Positions 19,314 to 28,575 of a DNA stretch of 64,000 nt are shown one piece after another. Each line of letters begins with the position of its first letter. Position 1 is the stretch's first letter. The notes beneath the pieces were generated by a model. That model saw nothing but the letters and a program-made list of their open reading frames with translations, had not been told where the DNA came from and searched no databases. Source of the DNA: Fibrobacteria bacterium (lineage in GTDB: Bacteria > Fibrobacterota > Fibrobacteria > UBA11236 > JADFYW01); the NCBI GenBank assembly GCA_050294405.1, contig JBNKOC010000022.1, forward strand, positions 13,462-77,461. Reading direction: 5' to 3'. Both the position numbers and the translations under genes were made by a program.

Positions 19314-20840
19314 ATGGGAAAATGCATGAAAATTTCAATTTTGCTAGTGGCTTTTTGGTTCCAAAGTTTTCTTGGGGCTATGCCCGATAGCCTCAGCTCT
19401 CTTAGTTCTGACTCAAACAAACTTCAAAACAGCAGCGACAGCATTATTTCAAATGCAAAAATTCCAGCTAAAAAAAAAGCTGTTATTATCCCTGTTGAAA
19501 ACGAAATCGATCCAGGCTTGACTACATTCTTGAAAAGGGCCATTGCCGATGCTGAACTTCAAAAACCTGATTACATCATATTTAAAATAAACACCTTTGG
19601 AGGACGTCTGGATGCGGCCTTTGAAATAGTGGAACTAATTACATCTGTTAAATCCTGCTCCACAATAGCCTATGTGGAGCAAAAAGCCATATCAGCCGGA
19701 GCCCTCATTTCTCTGGCCTGCAACCGAATTGCAATGGGAAAAAGCACCACCATAGGTGATTGCGCCCCAATCATCCAGGGGCAAGAGGGCATTGTAATGG
19801 CCGGAGAAAAAATCGAATCTCCTTTAAGAGCTAAATTCCGGAACTTAGCAGAACGAAATAGCTACCCTATCCTCCTCGCCCAAGCCATGGTAAGTAAAGA
19901 TATGGAAATTATAGAAGTCCACCACCAGGGCCAGCTAAAATTATACACCCAAAAAGAATGGGAACATTTTACCGACGACGAAAAAAAAGCATTTGATAGT
20001 TCCCGTACGCTGGTAAGCGAAGGGGAACTGCTAACACTAACAGATACCGAGGCCAAAGAGTTGGGCTTTTCTGTGGGAAGTTTTGAAAGTTTAGATGATT
20101 ATCTAAAATCCAAGGACCTGGATGTGGAACAAAGAATTGCCGCCACTTGGTCTGAAAGCCTCGTGCGCACCATTGGAAAATTCGCCCCCATGTTAATGTT
20201 AATTGGGTTCGGAGCCTTGTATATGGAGTTTAAAACCCCGGGATTTGGTCTTTTTGGAAGCATCGGAATTATCTGCCTGCTGATTGTCTTTGGAAGCAAG
20301 TACGCAGCAGGACTTGCCGATTACACCGAGGCTTTAATCTTAGGACTTGGCGTTCTGTGCCTGGTCATCGAAATGTTTGTCATGCCGGGAACTCTCATAT
20401 TTGGAGGCTTGGGGTTGATGTTAATAGTGGCCAGCATGATATTGTCTTTTCAGTCCTTTACATTGCCGGATCCGGAGTTGCCCTGGCAGGGAAAGCTTTT
20501 TCTGAAAAACATCGGGTACGTCCTGGGTGTCGCTTTGGGAGGCTTACTCTTTCCCATATTCGGCGCAAAGTTTATTCTTCCAAGGTTTTCTGGAAATTAC
20601 AAACTCATTACCACCGAAACTCTTGCTGGGGCAAAGTCCGCTTCTGTTATGGACGGGCACCCAAGCCTGGAAATTGGCCAAAAGGGAACCGCCAAAACAA
20701 CAATGAGACCGTTTGGAAAAATTTTAGTAGGCGATGAAGTATACGAAGCGCAATGCGAATCCGGTTTTATCGAAGCTGGAACCTCCGTTGAAATTTCTCT
20801 GGCCACTCCCTCTAAAATTATGGTGAGGGCATCCAGATAA
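19314..20840 (+). CDS. nfeD: Long-form NfeD membrane-bound ClpP-like serine protease
   Basis: INTFGG, AISAGALI, TM bundle with EFKTPGFG, C-terminal OB fold (MRPFGK). Confidence 0.9.
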   Translation: MGKCMKISILLVAFWFQSFLGAMPDSLSSLSSDSNKLQNSSDSIISNAKIPAKKKAVIIPVENEIDPGLTTFLKRAIADAELQKPDYIIFKINTFGGRLDAAFEIVELITSVKSCSTIAYVEQKAISAGALISLACNRIAMGKSTTIGDCAPIIQGQEGIVMAGEKIESPLRAKFRNLAERNSYPILLAQAMVSKDMEIIEVHHQGQLKLYTQKEWEHFTDDEKKAFDSSRTLVSEGELLTLTDTEAKELGFSVGSFESLDDYLKSKDLDVEQRIAATWSESLVRTIGKFAPMLMLIGFGALYMEFKTPGFGLFGSIGIICLLIVFGSKYAAGLADYTEALILGLGVLCLVIEMFVMPGTLIFGGLGLMLIVASMILSFQSFTLPDPELPWQGKLFLKNIGYVLGVALGGLLFPIFGAKFILPRFSGNYKLITTETLAGAKSASVMDGHPSLEIGQKGTAKTTMRPFGKILVGDEVYEAQCESGFIEAGTSVEISLATPSKIMVRASR

Positions 20841-21313
20841 TGAAAATAGCGCTACCGATTCTGCTTCAAGGATTATCTCTTATTGTGATGCTAGCAGAAT
20901 GGGTTATCCCATCATTTGGGTTGTTAAGTGTTTTAGCTTTTGGCCTGTTTGGACTTTCCTGGTACTATCTCATAAATAATTTTAGCGGAGCCATTCCCTT
21001 AATCTTTGGAATAGTGGATATCCTTTTACTGCCAATATGCATTTATTTTGGAATAAAACTATTCAAAGCCTCTCCATTGGCAAATGCGCAAAAGTTAGCC
21101 CAGGGAGACGGCATGAGCTCACAACAAAGCTTGCTGGGAAAATTGGGTGTTGTGGAAACCACTTTAAGGCCCTTTGGGAAAATTCTAGTGGAAGGAAAAT
21201 TAATTGAAGCCACTTCAGGGGGCGAGCCTATTGAAAAAGGCACTCAAGTTGTTATAAAAAAAATAAATGGAATGAATGTGACGGTAAACCCAAGTGAACC
21301 CTTAAACTCTTAG
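20840..21313 (+). CDS. Short-form NfeD family protein
   Basis: Three TMs, [10 protein letters not shown] domain [12 protein letters not shown]. Confidence 0.85.
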   Translation: MKIALPILLQGLSLIVMLAEWVIPSFGLLSVLAFGLFGLSWYYLINNFSGAIPLIFGIVDILLLPICIYFGIKLFKASPLANAQKLAQGDGMSSQQSLLGKLGVVETTLRPFGKILVEGKLIEATSGGEPIEKGTQVVIKKINGMNVTVNPSEPLNS

Positions 21314-21321
21314 GAGAAATA

Positions 21322-22296
21322 ATGCCAGCTTTTATAATACCAATTATCCTACTGATAATAATATTAGTAGCCGTTTTAATAATCGGTTCATTTTTGAACC
21401 TTTGGTTACAAGCCTTATTTTCAAAAGCAGATATTTCTTTCTTTAGCCTTATTGGAATGCGCCTTAGAAAAATCCCTCCACGCATCATTGTGGAAGCTAA
21501 AATTATGGGCGTTAAGGCCGGCCTTGAATTGGAAACAGCCCCACTGGAAGCCCATTACATGGCAGGCGGACATGTGGAAAGAGTCGTTCAGGCTTTGGTC
21601 GCCGCAGATAAGGCTAACATCCCTCTTAATTTCCAAAGAGCTGCAGCCATTGACTTGGCTGGCCGTAACGTACTGGAAGCGGTGCAAATGTCTGTGAACC
21701 CAAAAGTTATTGAAACGCCAAAAATCGTAGCAATGGCGAAAGACGGTATCCAGCTAAAAGCCATTGCCAGAGTAACTGTACGGGCTAACCTGGATAAGTT
21801 AGTGGGCGGCGCCGGAGAAGAAACGGTAATTGCCCGTGTTGGAGAAGGCATTGTTTCCACAATCGGTTCTTCCAACCAACATAAAAATGTGTTAGAAAAC
21901 CCCGATACTATCTCCAAAGTTGTTTTATCAAAAGGTCTTGACGTTGGAACGGCCTATGACATCTTATCTATTGATATCGCCGATGTGGATGTTGGTAAAA
22001 ACATCGGAGCCGAATTGGAAACAGATAGAGCAGAAGCAGATAAAAAAATAGCACAGGCAAAAGCCGAGGAGCGTCGGGCACTGGCTGTTGCCGCCGAACA
22101 GGAAATGAAGGCCAAGGTTGTGGAGATGCAGGCTAAGGTTGTAGAAGCCGAAGCCCAGGTTCCTTTGGCCATGGCCGATGCTTTCAAATCTGGAAACCTT
22201 GGTGTGATGGATTACTACCGTATGCAAAATATCGGAGCCGACACAAAAATGAGGGAAAATATTGCCGGCGATGAAAAGGATAACGGGGATTCATAA
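21322..22296 (+). CDS. floA: Flotillin-like protein FloA (YqfA)
   Basis: [52 protein letters not shown]. Confidence 0.96.
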   Translation: MPAFIIPIILLIIILVAVLIIGSFLNLWLQALFSKADISFFSLIGMRLRKIPPRIIVEAKIMGVKAGLELETAPLEAHYMAGGHVERVVQALVAADKANIPLNFQRAAAIDLAGRNVLEAVQMSVNPKVIETPKIVAMAKDGIQLKAIARVTVRANLDKLVGGAGEETVIARVGEGIVSTIGSSNQHKNVLENPDTISKVVLSKGLDVGTAYDILSIDIADVDVGKNIGAELETDRAEADKKIAQAKAEERRALAVAAEQEMKAKVVEMQAKVVEAEAQVPLAMADAFKSGNLGVMDYYRMQNIGADTKMRENIAGDEKDNGDS

Positions 22297-22334
22297 CCCC
22301 GCTATTTGGGGAAGTTAAAACAAGGAACGCGAAT

Positions 22335-23036
22335 ATGGGCAAGATAATACTTATCATATACATCATTGCTGCTATCGCTTCCTTTATTGGAAAGCAGCAA
22401 AAGAAAAAAAGATTAAAAGAAGCTGCTCAAAAAAACCAAAATAACCCCCAAGCAAATCCAAAAAAACAAAACCCTTTCGGTTCCTTTTTCCAGGCAGTAA
22501 ACCCACAGGAAGCCCGCATAAAGGCACGCACCAACCGAAACGATCCTATGGCCGAACCCGAGCCGATAAGAGAAAACTATACTTCACCAAAATCTCCGCG
22601 GAATACGCCAACAGAACAAAAAGAAAAGAAGCCTTCTTTCTCTGCCAACATTTTGGAACAACTTTCAGCGGAATTTGGTTTTGATTTTGAAGACAAAGAA
22701 ATTGAAAAGTTTTCAAACCAAGATAAAGAACCCGAAGAAACATCCAGTTCCAAGCCTATTACAAACTGGAATCCGGAGGAAAACCGCGAAAGCCCCTGGG
22801 AATCAGATAATTTAGAAAGCGCCGGTGAAAAAGAGCCAATCTTAAAATTTAAAGAAGCCGCTCCATTTTCATATGATTTAGCTGATAATAATGTTATTGC
22901 AGATGGTGCCGACAAACTTAAAAACCCCAGTCAAAAAAAGGGGCGTAACCAATATGCCCGAATGTTTAACAATCCTAACGGAATTCGAAAAGCTATTATT
23001 TCCAAAGCAATTTTAGATAAACCTTTGGGCTGGTAA
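22335..23036 (+). CDS. YqfB-like hypothetical protein (N-terminal TM, disordered body)
   Basis: Position after floA; C-terminal IRKAIISKAILDKP motif. Confidence 0.65.
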   Translation: MGKIILIIYIIAAIASFIGKQQKKKRLKEAAQKNQNNPQANPKKQNPFGSFFQAVNPQEARIKARTNRNDPMAEPEPIRENYTSPKSPRNTPTEQKEKKPSFSANILEQLSAEFGFDFEDKEIEKFSNQDKEPEETSSSKPITNWNPEENRESPWESDNLESAGEKEPILKFKEAAPFSYDLADNNVIADGADKLKNPSQKKGRNQYARMFNNPNGIRKAIISKAILDKPLGW

Positions 23037-23041
23037 AATAT

Positions 23042-23068
23042 AAAAAGGCCCGGAAAACCGGGCCTTTT
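23042..23068. terminator. Bidirectional rho-independent terminator
   Basis: AAAAAGGCCCGG-aaaa-CCGGGCCTTTT. Confidence 0.9.
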
Positions 23069-23125
23069 GCATCGCCCTCCCTGGCCTTGCTTTTCTCGAT
23101 TCAACACCCTCTTCCCTGAGCGCTG
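23069..23125 (-). promoter_or_regulatory. Two GGA-loop hairpins (CsrA/RsmA-type sites) in the 3' region of the yjfB-like transcript
   Basis: Minus strand reads CTC-AGGGAA-GAG and GCC-AGGGAG-GGC stem-loops directly before the terminator. Confidence 0.55.
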
Positions 23126-23148
23126 TTTTTATTTGAAGCGAGATTATA

Positions 23149-23322
23149 TTATGCTGATAGATCTACGTTTCCGCCCACTCCTGGCGGGCTTGGAGGAGGT
23201 GGCAATGCTTCAAGCATTTGCAATGCCATTTCTTCTTGTTCCAATGATTTTTTGTGTATTTTCATTTGCAATTCAGCCTCTACCTGCCCCTGTTGGGCTG
23301 AGCCCGCAGCTTCTAGATCCAT
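23149..23322 (-). CDS. YjfB-family putative motility protein (57 aa, absent from the ORF track)
   Basis: MDLEAAGSAQQGQVEAELQMKIHKKSLEQEEMALQMLEALPPPPSPPGVGGNVDLSA*; GGAGG SD 6 nt upstream; sigma28 promoter upstream. Confidence 0.82.
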   Translation of the reverse strand: MDLEAAGSAQQGQVEAELQMKIHKKSLEQEEMALQMLEALPPPPSPPGVGGNVDLSA

Positions 23323-23332
23323 CTTTTACCTC

Positions 23333-23345
23333 CGCATCCGTTGCG
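23333..23345 (-). promoter_or_regulatory. CsrA-type hairpin abutting the Shine-Dalgarno sequence
   Basis: CGCA-ACGGA-TGCG stem-loop with an ANGGA loop, running into GGAGG. Confidence 0.65.
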
Positions 23346-23356
23346 CCTTATTGGAA

Positions 23357-23383
23357 GTATCGGCAAATGAATGGAGGACTTTA
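23357..23383 (-). promoter_or_regulatory. Sigma28 (FliA) promoter
   Basis: TAAA-N15-GCCGATAC versus consensus TAAA-N15-GCCGATAA. Confidence 0.85.
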
Positions 23384-23466
23384 ATAAAAATTCATATTTT
23401 TTTAGAAAGCTGATTTAATATGGCTGGAAAAACGCCTCAACTAAAAAAGCCAAAAAAACTATAGAA

Positions 23467-25476
23467 TCAGCTGGAACGAATCCATTTGGATTCTTTGATT
23501 AATTTATTCCGGATTTCTTTAGCTTGTTGTGGCAAATCAGCCTGAATAAATAATTTGTGCAAGACCTGAATTCCCAATATATGATTTATCAGAATGTCAT
23601 TTCGGGTAGCCAGAGGACCTGAATCTGAATTAAAACAGTTTTTAAAAAACTCTTCAATTTTGGCTGAATCGAAAAAACCCAAATCCTGAACATCTGATGA
23701 ACTGCTATAATTCTTTGCCAATTCCAGAATTCGCCCTTGCTTGCTTTTATCGGTGTATGCAGGAGGAGCCATAAAAGCGAACTTTTCTCTTTTGTACAAA
23801 ACCTCCGGCAAAATACCCTTCATAGCTTCTCGCAACACGTATTTTTCCGTACCATTATGTATCCTGTATTTGGGAGGTATAGTAGCTGCGAACTCAGCCA
23901 AGTGGTGATCTAAAAATGCGGGACGGGACTCCATAGAGTTCGCCATATCCACTCTGTCTCCGCCCCAATTTAAAATTTGACATTCCAACATGGTTTTCAC
24001 CCATGTATATTGAGCAGCATCCAGAGGATGTCTGTTTTTTAGTTTGCTGGCATCAATTTCATCTACAATCGCCTGAATGGGGTCGTATCCTTTTAATGGC
24101 CCATTAAGAACATCCTGGTTAATAAGTGGCGTAAAAGCATTCAGAGTCATCATCCAGGGTTGAATCCAGGATGGGGTAAAACCGCACAAAGACTCAAAAC
24201 CAGGGTGGCTCATTTCTTTTTCAGATAGAATATGGCCCACAAACATCTTGTTTTTTTCCAATATTTCGCTTGCCGCACTTCCAAAGCCTTCTGGATCTCT
24301 TAGGGCAAAATCGAGTTTAAAAGCAGGATACCCGCCAAATAACTCGTCGGAACCTTCTCCGGTAATAACCACTTTATCTTTATTGGCATGCACTCTTTTG
24401 GACATATGCCATTTGGCGACCCCCAAGGTATTGTAAAAACATCTTTCAGAATGCCACAGAGTCTTCACATAATTTTCACCGTACAAATCGTCGGACTTTA
24501 ATTTAAGCACAACTTGCTCCGCACCGGTTTTTTTAGCCATTTCTTTTGCGATGGACAATTCATCATAGGCGTCATGATCAAAACTAATGGTATAAGCCCT
24601 CAAAGATTTCTGTTCAAAGGCGTTAGCCAGTCCCAAAATGGAGCAACTATCAATTCCGCCGGACAAATAACATCCAACCGGAACATCCGCTACCAAACGA
24701 AGCTGAACGGCTTCGATTAATTTTTTTTGAACCTCTTCTATGTAATACTCAGCAGGCTTGGCATTTTGATAGCTATCTTTTTCGCCAAAATTAAAATCCC
24801 AATAACATTCTTCTTTTATTTCCAGCTTATGGCTCTTTTTTTGAATAATGAGCATTGTGCCCGGCTTTAGGGCATAAATATTTTTAAAGGCCGTGGTTCC
24901 CGGCACCATCGTATGCATACATTGATTTAGCAACATTTTGGGATCGAACTCTCTTTTAACTTCCGGGTGGGCCATTAAGGCCTTTATTTCGGATGCAAAA
25001 TAAAAGTTCCCGCGGGAATCCTGGGTATAAAATAAGGGGCGAATTCCGAATCTGTCTCTTGCCAGAATTAGTTTTTCTTCCTTATTATCAAAAAAGGCAA
25101 AAGCAAACTCACCCCTTAAATGGTGGATAAAATCCATTCCATATTGCTGATACAAGGGCATGGCGATTTCACAATCTGATTTTGTTTGAAACTCATAACC
25201 CTGGCAAATCAGGTTTGTTCTGATTTGTTGGTAGTCATAAAACTCACCGTTCACCACGAGGGCATTATTCGAACCCTTCTGCAGAAATGGCTGATGCCCC
25301 CCGGACAGATCAATAATAGATAAGCGCGAGTGCCCAAATAAAATTTCGCCATTATTGCCTTCATAAAAGCCGAAATCATCCGGTCCACGATGTTCCAGCA
25401 TTGCTGTCATCGCCTCTAAATGATGTTTGTTTTCACTTTTTTTGTCTAAATTCCAAATTCCGGTAATTCCACACAT
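23467..25476 (-). CDS. asnB: Asparagine synthetase B-like glutamine-dependent amidotransferase
   Basis: N-terminal MCGI (Ntn Cys), HRGPD, RLSIID, NGEFY, RDRFG, LSGGIDS, GEGSDELFGGY. The true substrate may not be aspartate. Confidence 0.9.
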   Translation of the reverse strand: MCGITGIWNLDKKSENKHHLEAMTAMLEHRGPDDFGFYEGNNGEILFGHSRLSIIDLSGGHQPFLQKGSNNALVVNGEFYDYQQIRTNLICQGYEFQTKSDCEIAMPLYQQYGMDFIHHLRGEFAFAFFDNKEEKLILARDRFGIRPLFYTQDSRGNFYFASEIKALMAHPEVKREFDPKMLLNQCMHTMVPGTTAFKNIYALKPGTMLIIQKKSHKLEIKEECYWDFNFGEKDSYQNAKPAEYYIEEVQKKLIEAVQLRLVADVPVGCYLSGGIDSCSILGLANAFEQKSLRAYTISFDHDAYDELSIAKEMAKKTGAEQVVLKLKSDDLYGENYVKTLWHSERCFYNTLGVAKWHMSKRVHANKDKVVITGEGSDELFGGYPAFKLDFALRDPEGFGSAASEILEKNKMFVGHILSEKEMSHPGFESLCGFTPSWIQPWMMTLNAFTPLINQDVLNGPLKGYDPIQAIVDEIDASKLKNRHPLDAAQYTWVKTMLECQILNWGGDRVDMANSMESRPAFLDHHLAEFAATIPPKYRIHNGTEKYVLREAMKGILPEVLYKREKFAFMAPPAYTDKSKQGRILELAKNYSSSSDVQDLGFFDSAKIEEFFKNCFNSDSGPLATRNDILINHILGIQVLHKLFIQADLPQQAKEIRNKLIKESKWIRSS

Positions 25477-25482
25477 GTTATG

Positions 25483-26556
25483 TTATAATTTTCCTTTTTC
25501 TATCTGAGGTATGCGATCAAATCTGTTAAAAACAGAAATCAATAAAGCCTGCCGAATAAATACGGCGCCATAGGCTTGACTAAAATAAAGATTATGGGGA
25601 GTTGAATCCATTTCTGGATCAATTTCATTGCTCCTGGCCAAAGGATGAAGAATAACAGCATCCTTTTTTAATGGGCTTTTGGAATTGATAGCAAATTGTT
25701 GCCCCAATTTTTTATAACTATCTCCCAATAAGGCAATTGAATTCATATAAATAACATCCAAATCTGAGATAACATCCATTAAATCATGGACGACTTTAAT
25801 TTGGATTCCCGATGCTTTAATTTCCTTATCGATGTCACCAAATGGATCGGCCATTTCACTTACTACGGTGACTTTCTTAATATGTCTCTTAAACAATAAA
25901 CCCAGCAATAAAAAGCTTTTTACAGCCCTCATGCTGGCCGGAGTTCCAATGATTCCCAAATGAAGTTTGTCATTTGGCTTTGCCGTGGAATTGTATAGAG
26001 AAGGCCTCCATTTTAATAGAGCATACCAGTCCGCCAGCGCCTGGGTGGGATGTTCCCCGGAGCCATTGCCCGCATTGATTAAAGGAACTCTCAAATTTTT
26101 TTGAATCCGCTTTATGGCATTAGTTTCTGTATGCCGCATAACCACAGCATCCCCGTAAGCATTTAACATTTCACCGATGTCTTCAATGGACTCTCCTTTT
26201 GCTATACCTGTAACCTGGCCATCAGGTATTGACACGACCTTCCCTCCCAAACGCATAACAGAACTTTCAAAGGATAGCCTGGTTCTTGTGCTCGCTTCAA
26301 AAAAAGCTGTTATTACAATCTTGCCGTCTAATGGGTGGTAAGAAGCAATTTCCCTACCCTCTAGATAACTGGCAAATGTGCATAGGTCCTTAATAATTTC
26401 AGTCGTGAAGATTTTTGTAGATGTTATTGATTCTCCCACTAACTTTTTCAAACTGGTAAATTCCAGGGAGTGAGCTTCAATAATTTCACTGGGATCTAAA
26501 TAGGTCCCATGTGAGGACTGGCGAATTTTTTTTCGAATCAGTGTGTTTTTTTTCAT
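25483..26556 (-). CDS. Aspartate/ornithine carbamoyltransferase-family enzyme (PyrB-like, divergent acceptor site)
   Basis: FFEASTRT, KGES, MRH, INAGNG..EHPTQAL and LHPL present; the ATCase YMTRxQxER motif is replaced by YMNSIALLG. Confidence 0.88.
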   Translation of the reverse strand: MKKNTLIRKKIRQSSHGTYLDPSEIIEAHSLEFTSLKKLVGESITSTKIFTTEIIKDLCTFASYLEGREIASYHPLDGKIVITAFFEASTRTRLSFESSVMRLGGKVVSIPDGQVTGIAKGESIEDIGEMLNAYGDAVVMRHTETNAIKRIQKNLRVPLINAGNGSGEHPTQALADWYALLKWRPSLYNSTAKPNDKLHLGIIGTPASMRAVKSFLLLGLLFKRHIKKVTVVSEMADPFGDIDKEIKASGIQIKVVHDLMDVISDLDVIYMNSIALLGDSYKKLGQQFAINSKSPLKKDAVILHPLARSNEIDPEMDSTPHNLYFSQAYGAVFIRQALLISVFNRFDRIPQIEKGKL

Positions 26557-26558
26557 AA

Positions 26559-26681
26559 TTACCAGAGGTTTTTTTGTTTTAAATCTTTTTTATAAATAAA
26601 GAGCAAATATATGAGGCTCATCAAGGTCAGCAATATGGAACCTATTATCAAAACTTCAAAACTCCAAAGGGGAAACTTCAT
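26559..26681 (-). CDS. 40-aa single-TM small protein (absent from the ORF track)
   Basis: MKFPLWSFEVLIIGSILLTLMSLIYLLFIYKKDLKQKNLW*; fills the gap between the symporter stop and the carbamoyltransferase start. Confidence 0.7.
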   Translation of the reverse strand: MKFPLWSFEVLIIGSILLTLMSLIYLLFIYKKDLKQKNLW

Positions 26682-26689
26682 AAAAATAC

Positions 26690-28114
26690 CTAGTGTTTTT
26701 CGTTCAACTCACTCCATTGAAAACTTGTACGGCTTAAAAGCGTGCCCGCAAACACAATTATCATGGAAACAATTGTTCCAATGAGAGAGGCGGTATACCA
26801 TCCCAATTGGAAGTAAGCCCACAAACCGCTCAAAGAGCCTATTAACATGGCGATTGCAGCAGTTGCCCCATTGGCTTTTTTCCAATAAAGCCCAGCTAAA
26901 ATAGGCCAGATAGCGCTACCCACCAGTGGACCTGCAAAAAACAAGACAGTGGCAAGTGTGCCAACTCTGGGAACACAAGCGACCCAGGTTAAAATGCCAA
27001 GAGTTAAAATAATTATGGCTGAAACCTTCCGGAGCTGGGCTTCACTTGCCCTGGGATTAAATATTTTTTTATAGAAGTCTTCGGTGATTAAATCGGATGT
27101 GGCCGCCAAAAGAGAATCAATGCTGGAAGCTAAAGAACAAAATACCACGATAAAAATTAAAATCGCGCCGTACTTTCCCAAGGCATGGGCCGCAACCATG
27201 GGCCCCACCATATCGGGACGAACCACGTTAATATCAAACATCCCACTTGAAAGAGCGATAAAACCCGCAGCAATTGGAATTGGAAGCCATATTATTCCAG
27301 CTAAAGTATAGGCTTTTTTTCCAATGCCCTCTCTCATAGCAAAAGCGCGAGACCACCAAACATTGCTGTGGAAAATTTCCCCAAGGCCAAATAGTAAGTT
27401 GTTGAATATGGCCATTATGGCTGCGGGAAACAGCATATCCAGCAGAGCGGGCCGCCGTTCAGAAACATTGGCATAAATATCAGATATATCTGCATGCATA
27501 AGTATGGCCACGGCTACTACTACAATTCCTGCTAATATTATGATAGTTTGAATAAAATCGGTTCCTATCACAGCATACAATCCGCCGAATAAAGTATAGC
27601 CCACGCATACTATTAAAATTACAGTCATGCCGTATTCATAAGGAATACCCGACAGAGCCTCAAGAAGAGCGCCGCCGGCCATGCCCATGCTAATAAGCCA
27701 GGTTAAGGAATAAAAGACGGAAATCACCAGGAACAAGTACCATGAAGGTTTTCCATATCGAAGTCTGATAAAATCTCCACTGGTAAAACCGTTGGGCATT
27801 AACAGTCGAATACGTTTAGCTAAAGGTGCAAACAGAAAAAGCCCTAAACTTGCAGTTGAATAGGCTACCATTCCCCACACGCCCATTTGAAAGGCGAATT
27901 GGGGGGCTAACATCGTGGTATTGGATGTTATCCAGGTTGCCACAGCAGTGGCAGTGCCCAAAGCCAGGCCCACATTCCTACCAGCAAGCATGAACCCATC
28001 CAGCGATTTAGCTTTTTTACCCCAAAAATACCCCAGATATACCCACAAAATTCCAAAGATGGCAAGCAATATCCAGCCGATTGAAGGGGACAGGATTGCA
28101 GATTCTGTGCTCAT
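26690..28114 (-). CDS. Sodium:solute symporter (SSS; DUR3/PutP-like)
   Basis: FMLAGRNVG, FIRLRYG, YTLFGGLYAVIGTDFIQ, SSIDSLLAA; about 13 TMs. Confidence 0.92.
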   Translation of the reverse strand: MSTESAILSPSIGWILLAIFGILWVYLGYFWGKKAKSLDGFMLAGRNVGLALGTATAVATWITSNTTMLAPQFAFQMGVWGMVAYSTASLGLFLFAPLAKRIRLLMPNGFTSGDFIRLRYGKPSWYLFLVISVFYSLTWLISMGMAGGALLEALSGIPYEYGMTVILIVCVGYTLFGGLYAVIGTDFIQTIIILAGIVVVAVAILMHADISDIYANVSERRPALLDMLFPAAIMAIFNNLLFGLGEIFHSNVWWSRAFAMREGIGKKAYTLAGIIWLPIPIAAGFIALSSGMFDINVVRPDMVGPMVAAHALGKYGAILIFIVVFCSLASSIDSLLAATSDLITEDFYKKIFNPRASEAQLRKVSAIIILTLGILTWVACVPRVGTLATVLFFAGPLVGSAIWPILAGLYWKKANGATAAIAMLIGSLSGLWAYFQLGWYTASLIGTIVSMIIVFAGTLLSRTSFQWSELNEKH

Positions 28115-28575
28115 GCAATTTCCTCCTTTTTATCAGCGCCCTTAATAATTACAAATAGAATTGCTCCAAAAGCTATGGCCCCAGTAAAAAAGAACCCAAA
28201 GGCGGTATGCAAATTGTGATGTTTCACTTTTATTTCTTTTGTAGCTGAGCATAACCTTTCACTTTCACTCGCGGTTTTTATTTCACCACAAAGACGGAAA
28301 TAATAATCGCCATTTTTAAGCCCAGAAATAAAATGCCCCATATCCGGGCCTTGATACAATATTTGAAAATCTGAAAAACCTGGAGTTGTGGCCATTTCCA
28401 GCTTATAGCTTTCCATTTTTTCGAATGGGGTCCAATTTAGGGAGAAGTAGCCTGAATTGCTTAAATCTGCACTGGAAATCAGTTCCAGTTTACGACTATG
28501 AGAGTCGGTTGTGTTTTCCTGGGCAAAATTTTGGGTAACAAAAAACAGTAATATGAGAATAACTCGATAATACAG
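28111..28575 (-). CDS. Exported Fn3-like protein with a C-terminal TM anchor (probable CTG start)
   Basis: The frame stays open 53 codons upstream of the ATG at 28416 to a CTG 6 nt after GGAGG, adding a signal peptide (YYRVILILLFFVTQNFAQ) and GYFSLNW; Fn3-like ISGLKNGDYYFRL. Confidence 0.7.
   Translation of the reverse strand: MYYRVILILLFFVTQNFAQENTTDSHSRKLELISSADLSNSGYFSLNWTPFEKMESYKLEMATTPGFSDFQILYQGPDMGHFISGLKNGDYYFRLCGEIKTASESERLCSATKEIKVKHHNLHTAFGFFFTGAIAFGAILFVIIKGADKKEEIA

Noticed and set aside
23067..23384. 105-aa plus-strand ORF in the track
   Set aside because: It is the antisense shadow of the minus-strand YjfB-like gene, which has an SD, a sigma28 promoter and a recognisable sequence; it starts inside a terminator.
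25483..26556. Calling this gene pyrB
   Set aside because: The aspartate-binding motif is missing and there is no pyrimidine gene context, so no symbol was assigned.
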